Shown piece by piece: positions 8,514 to 17,501 of a stretch of DNA of 29,015 nt. Position 1 is the stretch's first letter. Each line of letters begins with the position of its first letter. The position numbers and the translations under genes were made by a program. Origin of the DNA: Nitrososphaerota archaeon (GTDB lineage: Archaea; Thermoproteota; Nitrososphaeria; Nitrososphaerales; Nitrosopumilaceae). Under the pieces are notes generated by a model. The model was given only the letters and a program-made list of their open reading frames with translations, ran no database searches and was not told where the DNA came from. The DNA lies in the NCBI GenBank assembly GCA_022564515.1, contig JADFLH010000017.1:1-29015 (forward strand), given 5' to 3'.

Positions 8514-9190
8514 TATCCGAGACTGGAAATAAGAGGAATAATATCCTTTTTCACACAGACAATCATTGGAGTGTCTACTTTTACATATACTGAAACTTTG
8601 GTTTCTCTTAAATCCATTATTAGATTTTGAAAGTCTGGAAGATCATCAGTCTCAAATGCCAACATAAAATCTTCATCATGAATTCCAAAGGAGTATGTAG
8701 TGTTTAGGATAATTTGGGGATATTTTTGACCCAAATCAATATGCTCATCCATCATTTTTTGTCTTTCTGCTTTTGGCAACAAATACCATTCTCTTGTTTT
8801 AGTAAAGGGATATACTACAACATACTTTTTTGGTTCATTTCCCGCCACAAAAGAAATTGTTTTACCATTTTTAGCATAGATTGATGGTCTAGTATATGAT
8901 AGATACACTAAAGATGGTGTGATGTATTTTCCAAAAACAGTCAAGTAAAGTTTTGAAATTGCATTTTGAATTTCTTCAACTGATTTTGAAGCAAACCAAA
9001 ACAAGAAATCAGCATCATCTCGTAATCCCAAAGTTGTGTAGGTTCTTAATTTTATGCCGGTATTTCTTAATACATTATTTACTTCTTTTGCCGATTCCTC
9101 TTTAGCAAGATCTGCCATCCATCTCCATTTAGGATCAACTTTGAAAAATGAAAAGTTGAAAAAATAATTCTCATCATCTTTTGTTTCCAT
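8513..9190 (-). CDS. chlorite dismutase family protein (Cld-like / HemQ-like, probably not a true chlorite dismutase)
   Basis: FSFFKVDPKWRW..., VVYPFTKTREWYLLPKAERQKMMDEHIDLG is typical of the Cld/HemQ family. No Arg occurs in the ~20 residues after the candidate proximal His (HIDLGQKYPQIILNTTYSFGI). Confidence 0.8.
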   Translation of the reverse strand: METKDDENYFFNFSFFKVDPKWRWMADLAKEESAKEVNNVLRNTGIKLRTYTTLGLRDDADFLFWFASKSVEEIQNAISKLYLTVFGKYITPSLVYLSYTRPSIYAKNGKTISFVAGNEPKKYVVVYPFTKTREWYLLPKAERQKMMDEHIDLGQKYPQIILNTTYSFGIHDEDFMLAFETDDLPDFQNLIMDLRETKVSVYVKVDTPMIVCVKKDIIPLISSLG

Positions 9191-9242
9191 GTTTTCAACT
9201 TTTTCTAGACCCTATTTAAACAAAAATACAAATTATCAATTT

Positions 9243-9455
9243 TTAGTTTAAAACTTCTACAATCTTCTGTCTAGATTTTTTACCTGACCTTATAATCACT
9301 TTTGATGATGACACGCCAAAGTATTTAGCTAATTTTTTCATAATTTCCATGTTAGCCTGTCCTTTAACAGGTTTTGAATTAACTCCTATTGAAATTTTAT
9401 CCCCATTTATCGTAATATTATCTTGGTAAAAAACTATATTTACTTTGTATAGCAT
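9243..9455 (-). CDS. DUF167 (YggU/UPF0235)-like small protein
   Basis: KPVKGQANMEIMKKLAKYFGVSSSKVIIRSGKKSRQKIVEV matches the DUF167 pattern (K-G-x-AN...L...V.I..G..SR.K). At 70 aa it is short for the family. Confidence 0.55.
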   Translation of the reverse strand: MLYKVNIVFYQDNITINGDKISIGVNSKPVKGQANMEIMKKLAKYFGVSSSKVIIRSGKKSRQKIVEVLN

Positions 9456-9528
9456 TGATTAACGAAATATTGCTTTCTCATATTTAAAAGGGTAAGCTTC
9501 ACAATTCTTTATATTAAAAAATTTTATT

Positions 9529-10299
9529 CTAAGACTGATTTTTTGTTACCCAATCGTAACCTTTCTTCTCTAATTCATCTGCAAGAGATGCATCCCCGGT
9601 CATTACCACTTTTCCTTTAGAAAAAACATGTACATAATCCAATTTCTTGAGGAATCTCAAAATTCTTGCATAGTGTGTGATCAAAATTACTGTTGAGTCT
9701 TTAGTTGAAACTTCACTAATTGCTTTTGCAACTGACTGTACAGCATCAATGTCAAGTCCAGAATCAGGTTCATCAAGAATTGAAATTTTTGGTTTTAGAA
9801 CTGCCATCTGTAAAACTTCTGAACGTTTCTTTTCTCCTCCTGAAAACCCTTCATTAAGATATCTTGTAAGAAATTCATCAGGCAAACCCACTTGTTTTAG
9901 ATTATGTTTTAGATATTTTTGAAACTCTCTTACAGTAATGAAAACTTCTCGATTATCACCTTGAAGAGCCTTACTTAATGCATTGTAAGAAGTTCTAAGA
10001 AAATGTGAATAACCGACGCCTGAAACTTCTGTAGGATATTGAAACCCCAAAAATAATCCATTTTTTGCTCTTTCATCTGCTTTCAAGTCCAAAATACTTT
10101 TTCCATCAAACAAAATGTCCCCTTTTGTTACTTGATATTTTGGGTGCCCAAGTAGCGTGTAAGCTAATGTACTTTTTCCTGACCCATTTGGGCCCATAAT
10201 TGCGTGTACTTCATCTGGACCTGTCTTTAAATTGACTCCTTTGAGTATCTCTTTTCCTCCTATTGTAACATGCAGATCTTTGATTTCAAGTACTGTCAT
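9529..10299 (-). CDS. sufC: Fe-S cluster assembly ATPase SufC
   Basis: Walker A GPNGSGKST, HPKYQVTKGDILFDG, signature LNEGFSGGEKKR and Walker B ILDEPDSGLDIDA. Confidence 0.93.
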   Translation of the reverse strand: MTVLEIKDLHVTIGGKEILKGVNLKTGPDEVHAIMGPNGSGKSTLAYTLLGHPKYQVTKGDILFDGKSILDLKADERAKNGLFLGFQYPTEVSGVGYSHFLRTSYNALSKALQGDNREVFITVREFQKYLKHNLKQVGLPDEFLTRYLNEGFSGGEKKRSEVLQMAVLKPKISILDEPDSGLDIDAVQSVAKAISEVSTKDSTVILITHYARILRFLKKLDYVHVFSKGKVVMTGDASLADELEKKGYDWVTKNQS

Positions 10300-10416
10300 A
10301 AATCAAATGGAATTTTTCTATATATAACACAGACGAATTTTAGCTAGTCCTAACAGATATTCTAAGAATTTAGAATCTCATTTGATAATGATGAAAATAG
10401 AAAAGAAAGGGAGGGG

Positions 10417-11373
10417 TTAGTTCTTGGCAAGTGATGGTCTTAGAGTTACCTTTAATCGATAACAGGCTAGAATCTCCTTGCATCGATTGCGTATAGTGAC
10501 TTCAGTCACACCTGAAACGCTTGAGACGTCTCGCTGAAGCACATTCTGGCCTAGAATAATTGATGCGATGTACAGATATGCTGCGGCAATGCCATTTGGA
10601 GCTTTTCCATCAGAAATTCTATTGTTCTTAGTTTTTTCTGAAAGTTCTAAAGCAAGTCTTTCAACTCTTACATCGGTTTTTGTTAGATTGGCAATCTTTG
10701 AGATGTACTTGTCCATTGTTACAATTGGCGTGTGGTATGTTCCCATCTCCATTACCATGGTTCTATAGTATCTGGCGGCTAGTTTTGCTTTTGCTTTTAC
10801 TTCATTTGCTGTACACATTTTTTGGCATATCTCATCAAGAGAACGTATAACATCGCATTGTTTACATGCCATGTAAATTGTTGCTGCAGAAATACTAACA
10901 ACAGATTTTCCCTTTACATCAATTTTGTCATCTAAGGTTCTGTAAATCATCGATGCTGTTTCTAGAACGTTCTTCGAAAGGGAAAGATTCTGACACGATT
11001 CTCCAATTTTTGTGAGAACATTTGCTAGTCGCCTTTCTCTTGGAGTAGAAACTCTTACCCTTTGTTGCCATTTTCTAAGATTGTGCATCTGGCTTGCAAT
11101 TTCAGATTTTATTGTTTTTCCACTAAAGTCCTTTGAACTTATTGAAATTTCTGTCGTTATTCCCAAATCATGTTGCGAATAAGTTATTTGGCCGGTTGCT
11201 CTAGCAAGTTTCATTTTTTCTTCTAGACTTGAGCTTCTTGATTCTGGACCACAATCTGCCATTTGTTCTGCGACGATGACGCCACAGCCAGAACAAATTA
11301 TTTCACCATTCTGTACATCATCTACAAGTGTAGACTGACATTCAGGACAGCACTGTGTTTCTAGAGTATTCAT
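10417..11373 (-). CDS. tfb: transcription initiation factor IIB (TFB)
   Basis: N-terminal Zn ribbon CPECQS...CSGCG followed by two cyclin-fold repeats. ATG overlaps the gar1 stop (ATGA). Confidence 0.93.
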   Translation of the reverse strand: MNTLETQCCPECQSTLVDDVQNGEIICSGCGVIVAEQMADCGPESRSSSLEEKMKLARATGQITYSQHDLGITTEISISSKDFSGKTIKSEIASQMHNLRKWQQRVRVSTPRERRLANVLTKIGESCQNLSLSKNVLETASMIYRTLDDKIDVKGKSVVSISAATIYMACKQCDVIRSLDEICQKMCTANEVKAKAKLAARYYRTMVMEMGTYHTPIVTMDKYISKIANLTKTDVRVERLALELSEKTKNNRISDGKAPNGIAAAYLYIASIILGQNVLQRDVSSVSGVTEVTIRNRCKEILACYRLKVTLRPSLAKN

Positions 11374-11633
11374 TTTCTTTTTCTCCTAATTTTTTGTTTT
11401 TTTGCAGTGGTTTCGAGGGCAAAAATTTTCTTGCCAGTAAATTTTTTTATGTTACTCGTAAGTGGCATTGCAGATGCATATGGTTTTGAAACAGGACCAA
11501 TCAATTCCATAACTTTTGCAATTTTACCACTTTTGCTATCGCAGAGTATTTGACCTTCTTCAACTAATTTTGTGAGTTGTACAATAACTCTGCCACTCTT
11601 GGCCAAGTGCATTATTTCGCCTATCTCCTGCAA
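11370..11633 (-). CDS. gar1: H/ACA RNP component Gar1
   Basis: HLAKSGRVIVQL...GKIAKVMELIGPVSKPYASAMP is the Gar1 core, and the gene sits immediately upstream of tfb. The track start is TTG 11633. ATG at 11612 (MHLAKSG) is an equally plausible start. Confidence 0.8.
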   Translation of the reverse strand: MQEIGEIMHLAKSGRVIVQLTKLVEEGQILCDSKSGKIAKVMELIGPVSKPYASAMPLTSNIKKFTGKKIFALETTAKKQKIRRKRK

Positions 11634-11705
11634 TTAATTGAAAAAACGTTTTATTGTTATCATAGACTTCTATCAACTTTACTTTAGCTAACAGCTATTT
11701 CGTTC

Positions 11706-12005
11706 TCATTTTGATTGCTTTGCACGTTTTGGTACTAACTTTTCTGAAATTTTGTCAAGAATCCCTGTCTTGGAAGAACCTTTAGGTAACACAACATACC
11801 CAGACCTTACATAAGGCCTTCTTGGAAATCTAACTTTGTCTGAAGACTCTGCAATTTCAAATCCTGCAGCTTTTGTTGCATCAATCAATTCTTTGAGTGA
11901 CGGATCAAAAATACATTTTTCTTTCACTAAACGTCTGCCTTTGTTTCTTGGTAATGTTTTATTAAAATAATCCAACCAGATTACGACATGCTCGTAATCT
12001 TTCAT
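11706..12005 (-). CDS. srp19: signal recognition particle protein SRP19
   Basis: VIWLDYFNKTLPRNKGRRLVKE...LKELIDATKAAGF is the typical SRP19 N-terminal motif. 99 aa. Confidence 0.85.
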   Translation of the reverse strand: MKDYEHVVIWLDYFNKTLPRNKGRRLVKEKCIFDPSLKELIDATKAAGFEIAESSDKVRFPRRPYVRSGYVVLPKGSSKTGILDKISEKLVPKRAKQSK

Positions 12006-12009
12006 ATGA

Positions 12010-12390
12010 TCACTTGATCAGAATTGCGTTAACTACGCCATCTTGTCCAGGTCGTGAAACTACTTTACATTTTCCTTCTTTTGTTTCAAGTATCGCACCC
12101 TTTGTAATAACACCACGGCGTTGATAGTCATTGTTAGTGGGATTCTCTAAAACTTTTAAAATCTTCGTCTTCTTTACTTTTGAATTGGGGGCTGACAAGT
12201 TTATAAAATCAATTTTTTTCAACGCCGTCTTTTGATTTTTACCACGAACTTTTCTTGTTACAGTAACTTGTGGACCAGTTAATGCTTCATTTGGATATCT
12301 ATCTATTTCATATTTTCTTCTAACACGCAATGGAATTCTGCGTCCACCAGTTAACTTACTTGTCGCCAAGTTTTCTACGCACTTTTTCAC
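12010..12390 (-). CDS. rps8e: 30S ribosomal protein S8e
   Basis: KLTGGRRIPLRVRRKYEIDRYP motif. 126 aa. Lies 4 nt upstream of srp19. Confidence 0.88.
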   Translation of the reverse strand: MKKCVENLATSKLTGGRRIPLRVRRKYEIDRYPNEALTGPQVTVTRKVRGKNQKTALKKIDFINLSAPNSKVKKTKILKVLENPTNNDYQRRGVITKGAILETKEGKCKVVSRPGQDGVVNAILIK

Positions 12391-12484
12391 GGTAGACCTT
12401 TTATCTACTCTAATTTATACAAACCGCATAGGATTTGCTTTAGTTTGGTTTCTTTTAAGATTGTGATGAAAGTATTGTCAAAAA

Positions 12485-13066
12485 TTAAGTTTGAGCTGAT
12501 GTGTTGGTAGGAGTATTAATCGCTGCCATTGCAGATGTTTTTCTTACTTTCTTGAACAATTTTTGTTTTAAGTTATCCGAATCACCCTGAATGCCAAAAT
12601 ATTTTTGAAATTTTTCAGTTGTAGAATAAATTTTCAACCTCCCAACATTTTGGTGGGAAATGAAATCTAACTGTCGGAGTTCCTTAAGATGAGCATAAAC
12701 ACCACTGCCTCGTATTTCGAGTATTTCTTTTGATGAAATTGGTTGCATATATGCAATGTAAGATAAAGTCTTTAGAGTAGCTTTTGGTAAAATGGGTTTT
12801 GAAGCATAACGCCTAATAACAGAACTATATTCTGGCTTTAGCTGAAAAACATATGTTCCATCAGGAAGTGTAACAATTTCGAGTGCTTTGAATGATGATT
12901 TTGTCTTTTTCATGAGATTTGTAAGCAAAGCAAGAGTTTTTGTCCTAGATTCTGTGCCTGAGGCTCGGATTAACTCTTCAATGTTGAGTGGTCTGCCCGC
13001 AGAATAAAGCGTCGCCTCAATATTTGCTGTGGCCTGTGATTCACTTTCAGCCTTTACCATAATCAA
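12485..13066 (-). CDS. scpB: segregation and condensation protein B (ScpB)
   Basis: IEATLYSAGRPLNIEEL and LKTLSYIAYMQPISSKEILEIRGSG are typical ScpB winged-helix motifs. Confidence 0.85.
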   Translation of the reverse strand: MIMVKAESESQATANIEATLYSAGRPLNIEELIRASGTESRTKTLALLTNLMKKTKSSFKALEIVTLPDGTYVFQLKPEYSSVIRRYASKPILPKATLKTLSYIAYMQPISSKEILEIRGSGVYAHLKELRQLDFISHQNVGRLKIYSTTEKFQKYFGIQGDSDNLKQKLFKKVRKTSAMAAINTPTNTSAQT

Positions 13067-13119
13067 AAATCCTTCAAAATATACTTAAAAGAAGCCTTTC
13101 TCCATGTTTGATCCACTCG

Positions 13120-13848
13120 TTAATTTTGCTTCAATAGAGTGATTTTGATATCGTCGCCAACTTGTTCAAGATCTACCTTTCCATCCCTAGCTAAAAACAA
13201 TATTGTAAAAAAACATCTTATGGCGTCAATGGGATCCAAATCTGATATAATTTTTTGTAACAACCCAGACCCATTGGAACTAATTTTTTTTACAATAAGG
13301 TCCTCATATTTGCCAATTAAATTTTCAAAAGAAATAAAATAGTCTTTAAAATTAGGCACTTCTATAGGTTCAAAACTCATTTGACCTCGTCGTGTTCGAG
13401 GATTAGCAATAGAACCAATTAGATTTTCGAGTAAAGTTAAAAGCTCATCTAAGGAAACGGGATAGGTCGATTCATGTCTATATGGAATAGAGATTAAATC
13501 AATATCCAAATCAGTTCTTTGTCGCAGTGGTATCTTTTCCATGGCAGCCTTTTGCAGTGCAAAAATACTTTCAACCTTCATTCTATAAATTAATGATGAG
13601 GATAATGCTGCCATTCCTGCAACTCTCAAGTCCTTCTCACTTGTTTTTTCAAGGATTTTGATTAAAAGATCTAAAATTTTAATTATATCTATTTCCCAAA
13701 CGTCTTTTTTGTTAATGGAGGATGGGTTAAATAGAATGCTTACTGGTTCTTGTGATAAACCTGATTTGAATTCGTCATCATTCACAAAGAACATCGAATT
13801 CCATTCAATAATATCTAGAGGCTCTAATTTTTTCTCATTCTCTGTCAA
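13120..13848 (-). CDS. scpA: segregation and condensation protein A (ScpA, kleisin)
   Basis: Directly upstream of scpB. C-terminal IRCFFTILFLARDGKVDLEQ matches the ScpA winged-helix end. The N-terminus is divergent. Confidence 0.7.
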   Translation of the reverse strand: MTENEKKLEPLDIIEWNSMFFVNDDEFKSGLSQEPVSILFNPSSINKKDVWEIDIIKILDLLIKILEKTSEKDLRVAGMAALSSSLIYRMKVESIFALQKAAMEKIPLRQRTDLDIDLISIPYRHESTYPVSLDELLTLLENLIGSIANPRTRRGQMSFEPIEVPNFKDYFISFENLIGKYEDLIVKKISSNGSGLLQKIISDLDPIDAIRCFFTILFLARDGKVDLEQVGDDIKITLLKQN

Positions 13849-13881
13849 CTCTTATATTATTAGTCAAAAATCAATACCGCA

Positions 13882-14961
13882 GTGAAAGCAGCAAGGATTA
13901 TTGCTCCTAATGAGCCACTACAAATTTCCGAATTACAAGTTCCCAAACCCCAAGTAAACCAAGTCGTTGTTAAGGTTAAAGCAGTTGGTGTGTGCCATAG
14001 TGATTTGCATCTATGGGAAGGCGGTTACGACCTAGGTGATGGCACTTTCATGAAGGTGACAGACAGAGGCGTAAAATATCCAGTTACTCCTGGCCATGAA
14101 ATTGTCGGAACAGTAAGTGAGATAGGAAGTAGAGTTGAAGGCTTTACTGTTGGAGATAAAGTTTTAATTTATCCCTGGATTGGCTGTGGTGACAAATGTC
14201 CTGCCTGTAAAACTGGACAAGATAATCTATGTGATACACCAAAGTCTCTTGGTATTTTTCAAGATGGTGGTTATGCAGAATATGTTCTTGTACCAAATTT
14301 CAAATTTTTAGCTAAAGTTTCAGGAATTGATCTTGAAGCTGCAACCTCATTAGCTTGTTCTGGTTTGACATCCTACAACGCTATCAAAAAAGCAACTAAA
14401 AATTCTCCAGAATATTTAGTGATTATTGGTGCAGGCGGTTTGGGTTTAATGGCTGTCCAGATTGCTAAAGCTATTACCCAAGCTAAGATCATCTGCGTAG
14501 ATTTAGATGATGAGAGATTAGAAGCTGCCAAAAAGATGGGAGCAGATTTTGTTATAAATTCAAGTGTCATTGGTTCTGTTACAACTGGTTCTGGAAATGC
14601 AGCACAAAAAATAATGTCTATTTGTAATAACAAAGGTGCTGATAGTGTTATTGACTTTGTAAATGCTCCTCAAACTGCCAAAATGGGAATTGCGGTTTTA
14701 CGAAAAAGAGGAAATCTTGTTCTAGTTGGTCTCTTTGGCGGTTCAATTAATTTGCAACTTGTTACTATCCCACTGAAAGCAATTACAATTCAAGGCGCGT
14801 ATACTGGCAGCTATAATGATTTAGTCAAATTGCTTGAGCTAACAAAAAAAGGAGCAATAAAACCAATTATTTCCAAACGATATTCACTCTCTGAGGCAAA
14901 CAATGCCTTAAAAGATCTTAAAGAGAGAAAAATCATCGGCCGGGCAGTCATTAATCCATAA
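13882..14961 (+). CDS. zinc-dependent alcohol dehydrogenase (MDR superfamily)
   Basis: GVCHSDLH, PGHEIVG, structural-Zn site CGDCPACKTGQDNLC and GAGGLG NAD(P) motif. GTG start gives the typical MKAARI N-terminus. Confidence 0.9.
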   Translation: MKAARIIAPNEPLQISELQVPKPQVNQVVVKVKAVGVCHSDLHLWEGGYDLGDGTFMKVTDRGVKYPVTPGHEIVGTVSEIGSRVEGFTVGDKVLIYPWIGCGDKCPACKTGQDNLCDTPKSLGIFQDGGYAEYVLVPNFKFLAKVSGIDLEAATSLACSGLTSYNAIKKATKNSPEYLVIIGAGGLGLMAVQIAKAITQAKIICVDLDDERLEAAKKMGADFVINSSVIGSVTTGSGNAAQKIMSICNNKGADSVIDFVNAPQTAKMGIAVLRKRGNLVLVGLFGGSINLQLVTIPLKAITIQGAYTGSYNDLVKLLELTKKGAIKPIISKRYSLSEANNALKDLKERKIIGRAVINP

Positions 14962-15039
14962 AAATTTCATAAATGTTTATTTCTAGACTAAATAAAAAAC
15001 ATCATAAAATAATATAAAACAAATTAAGCATTCAAGCTT

Positions 15040-15795
15040 ATGTCTGATCTAAAAAAACAAGATTACGAATTAGCTTTTACACATCTAAAAAATAATCAAA
15101 ATCTTTCAGCATATAATTTCTTTACCAACTTGGCAGAAACACAAAAGAAAGGAGATAGAATAAAGGCCGCATTATTCTATATACTAGCTGGTGAATGCAA
15201 ATCAAAGCAGGGAAAACCCAATGGTAAAGAACTTTTACAAGCTGGAAAATTATTTTTGGACTATGGAAAAAAAGACAAAACCTACAAAGCAAAAGGTGCT
15301 TACCTTTGCGCATCAAAATGTTTCATGAGAGCTGGTGAATACACCGATGCCAAAAAAGCCTTTAATAAAGCAAAAGAATTTCATGTACCTTCTATTGAAA
15401 TTTCTAGACCTGTAGTTGTTATTGATGACAGCAAAGCAATATTATTGAAACTTAAAAATTATCTAGATAATCTTGGATACAGTGATTATCATTCCTATCT
15501 TTCTGGAAAAGAAGGAATCATTGGCATTAAAAAATTAATTAATGATTCTAAAAATCCAATAGTTTTGCTTGACATGGGTTTGCCAGATATTAGTGGCGAT
15601 GTTGTTGCAACAAAGCTATTAGGCGAAAAACTTGATTTGCCAATAATTCTAATTACCGCAGATGAAAAAACAACAAAAAGAGTTAAATCAACAATCAGCT
15701 CTGGGGTAGCTGCATTTATTCAAAAACCATTTACTATTACTGAACTGAAAACGGCTCTGGATATGGCGGAAAAAGAATATTCTTTATCGCAATAG
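15040..15795 (+). CDS. response regulator receiver protein with N-terminal helical (TPR-like) domain and no recognisable output domain
   Basis: C-terminal CheY-like receiver: VVVIDDSKA...VLLDMGLPDISG...PIILITAD...FIQKPF. The N-terminal ~125 aa is helical and Lys/Ala-rich. Confidence 0.85.
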   Translation: MSDLKKQDYELAFTHLKNNQNLSAYNFFTNLAETQKKGDRIKAALFYILAGECKSKQGKPNGKELLQAGKLFLDYGKKDKTYKAKGAYLCASKCFMRAGEYTDAKKAFNKAKEFHVPSIEISRPVVVIDDSKAILLKLKNYLDNLGYSDYHSYLSGKEGIIGIKKLINDSKNPIVLLDMGLPDISGDVVATKLLGEKLDLPIILITADEKTTKRVKSTISSGVAAFIQKPFTITELKTALDMAEKEYSLSQ

Positions 15796-15834
15796 ACGGA
15801 ATAATTTTCGTAATTGTTATTCAAAATCTTCCTA

Positions 15835-15845
15835 TTTTCTTTTTT
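15835..15845 (+). terminator. oligo-T tract downstream of the response-regulator gene
   Basis: ttttctttttt lies 40 nt after the stop. Archaeal termination typically uses oligo-T. It abuts 19-mer copy 3. Confidence 0.35.
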
Positions 15846-15862
15846 ATTTGATACGAACTGTT
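15844..15862 (-). repeat. dispersed intergenic 19-mer, copy 3 (17/19)
   Basis: Minus strand reads AACAGTTCGTATCAAATAA. Lies between two convergent 3' ends (15795 and 15900). Confidence 0.8.
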
Positions 15863-15880
15863 CACAGATTTAAAAAATGT

Positions 15881-15894
15881 AAAAAAAAAGAAAG
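15881..15894 (-). terminator. oligo-T tract downstream of the pilin-like gene
   Basis: Minus strand reads ctttcttttttttt, beginning 6 nt after the stop. Confidence 0.4.
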
Positions 15895-15899
15895 TGGGT

Positions 15900-16556
15900 T
15901 TATCCTGACTGTTGTCCAATCACTACTGTTCCCACAAATACAGCACCGTTGGTTGTAGTCAACTTGAATTGCGTATCCCGTCCAGACTTGAAATCGGTAT
16001 CAAGTGCCAGCAATATTGTAGCTGTTTGACCAGGTTGAAACTCAGCTGCGCCTTCTAGCAGCATGAGGTCAGTTATACCATCTTCGGATAACCAAACATC
16101 GTATGTTCCACCTGGAATACTACTTGCCGCACCTTGGGCATCGAGTGTTGCTGCTTTAGCATAGGTATAGACTGTTCCACCAAATCTTAATTCACTGATC
16201 AGCATCTTTTGAACACTGTCATTTTTGAGATAGATGGCAATTCTTTCATGCTTCTGATTTATGCTATCTGCATTTCCACCTGAGGCTGCTAGGAGCACTG
16301 GACCGCCATCATGGGTTTGCAATGTCGAAACATCACGTCCATCATAACCTAGAATCTTGATCAGTTCTATAGTTGGCGTACCGCTAATTTGTGATTGGCT
16401 AAAGAATCCTTGAGCAAAGACAAAGATTATTGTGCCTCCTACAACTGCAATTGCCACCAACAGAAGTGTCGCAATGACTGGAGCTACTGCTCTATGTTTT
16501 CTTGTTCTTTTTGGTTTTATAGTATTTGCCAACTTGCCCTTTGAATAATAATACAT
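15900..16556 (-). CDS. archaeal type IV pilin-like protein (class III signal peptide)
   Basis: N-terminus KRTRKHRAVAPVIATLLLVAIAVVGGTIIFVF is the archaeal prepilin/flagellin-type signal plus hydrophobic helix. The remainder is Gly/Thr/Ala-rich. Confidence 0.85.
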   Translation of the reverse strand: MYYYSKGKLANTIKPKRTRKHRAVAPVIATLLLVAIAVVGGTIIFVFAQGFFSQSQISGTPTIELIKILGYDGRDVSTLQTHDGGPVLLAASGGNADSINQKHERIAIYLKNDSVQKMLISELRFGGTVYTYAKAATLDAQGAASSIPGGTYDVWLSEDGITDLMLLEGAAEFQPGQTATILLALDTDFKSGRDTQFKLTTTNGAVFVGTVVIGQQSG

Positions 16557-16706
16557 AACATTTGTTAAGCCAAATGCTGTTCAAAATGCACAACAATCAA
16601 TACCTTCAATCAAAAGAATATCAGGGAATTTAACCAAGTTTACAAACCATGCGCTTGAGAAGATTTGAAGCAAAAATTCAAAAACGTGATAAATATCTCT
16701 ATTATA

Positions 16707-17207
16707 ATGAGTAAAGATTCATGGTCTAATCTTGATAAAGTGGATCAAAAAATTATCGAAATTTTGAATAAAAATGCAAGAACACCATCAAAAGAGATTG
16801 CGACTGAATTAAGAAAATCTGGACACGATGTTTCAGATAGGACGATTAGAAAAAGGATTGAAAGGTTAGAAAAAAGCGGAGTTATCCAAGGATACAAGGC
16901 AGTACTTACTGATGTTTCAGGGCCAAATTATTATGAAGCTGCATTCCTAAAACTAAAACCAACAAAATCACTAGAATCTGTTAAAAATTCTATAATTGAT
17001 TTTACAGCAAAATTGCCAAATAATCTTCTTGTTGCAAATTTAGATGGAGAATGGAATATGTTTTCTATAATGAAAATAGAGCCAGATCAAAATCAACCAT
17101 CACTAAAAATAATAGAAAAATTTTCAGACGATATAATCGATTATAGGATAAATGAACTTGATATAAAAAATGTAAATTTATTGAATATGTCATTATTATT
17201 ATTGTGA
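16707..17207 (+). CDS. Lrp/AsnC family transcriptional regulator
   Basis: LDKVDQKIIEILNKNARTPSKEIATEL...DRTIRKRIERLEKSGVIQGY HTH. Start placed at ATG 16707. The track uses TTG 16665. Confidence 0.85.
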   Translation: MSKDSWSNLDKVDQKIIEILNKNARTPSKEIATELRKSGHDVSDRTIRKRIERLEKSGVIQGYKAVLTDVSGPNYYEAAFLKLKPTKSLESVKNSIIDFTAKLPNNLLVANLDGEWNMFSIMKIEPDQNQPSLKIIEKFSDDIIDYRINELDIKNVNLLNMSLLLL

Positions 17208-17222
17208 AAAGTATTCTTATAA

Positions 17223-17241
17223 TTCAGTTCGTATCAAATGT
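17223..17241 (+). repeat. dispersed intergenic 19-mer, copy 4 (17/19)
   Basis: TTCAGTTCGTATCAAATGT lies 16 nt after the lrp stop and is followed by aaattaaagaaaaaagaaa. Confidence 0.8.
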
Positions 17242-17458
17242 AAATTAAAGAAAAAAGAAATCCATGTGGGTCACTTGGTTCAGTATGATCAGTTAGTAGA
17301 TTTTATAAGAGGTAAGCGTTTTGTGAAAAGCCAGCTCTCACTAAAAATCAATGTGCCTGAAATTACATGCATCCCATATTTTCCCCAAGCGCCCATTAGT
17401 ACGTCATAATGTCATGTTACATTTAATGATGATCAAGTGTCATATTTTCATGTTACAC

Positions 17459-17478
17459 ATTTTCCAAATTTGGAAAAT
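17459..17478. repeat. perfect 20-bp palindrome ATTTTCCAAATTTGGAAAAT
   Basis: Fully self-complementary. The half-site ATTTTCCAAAT recurs at 268-278, and a 1-nt-shorter relative CCAAATTGGAAAAT lies at 611-624. Confidence 0.7.
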
Positions 17479-17501
17479 TCATTTCATTAAACATGTAGAT
17501 T

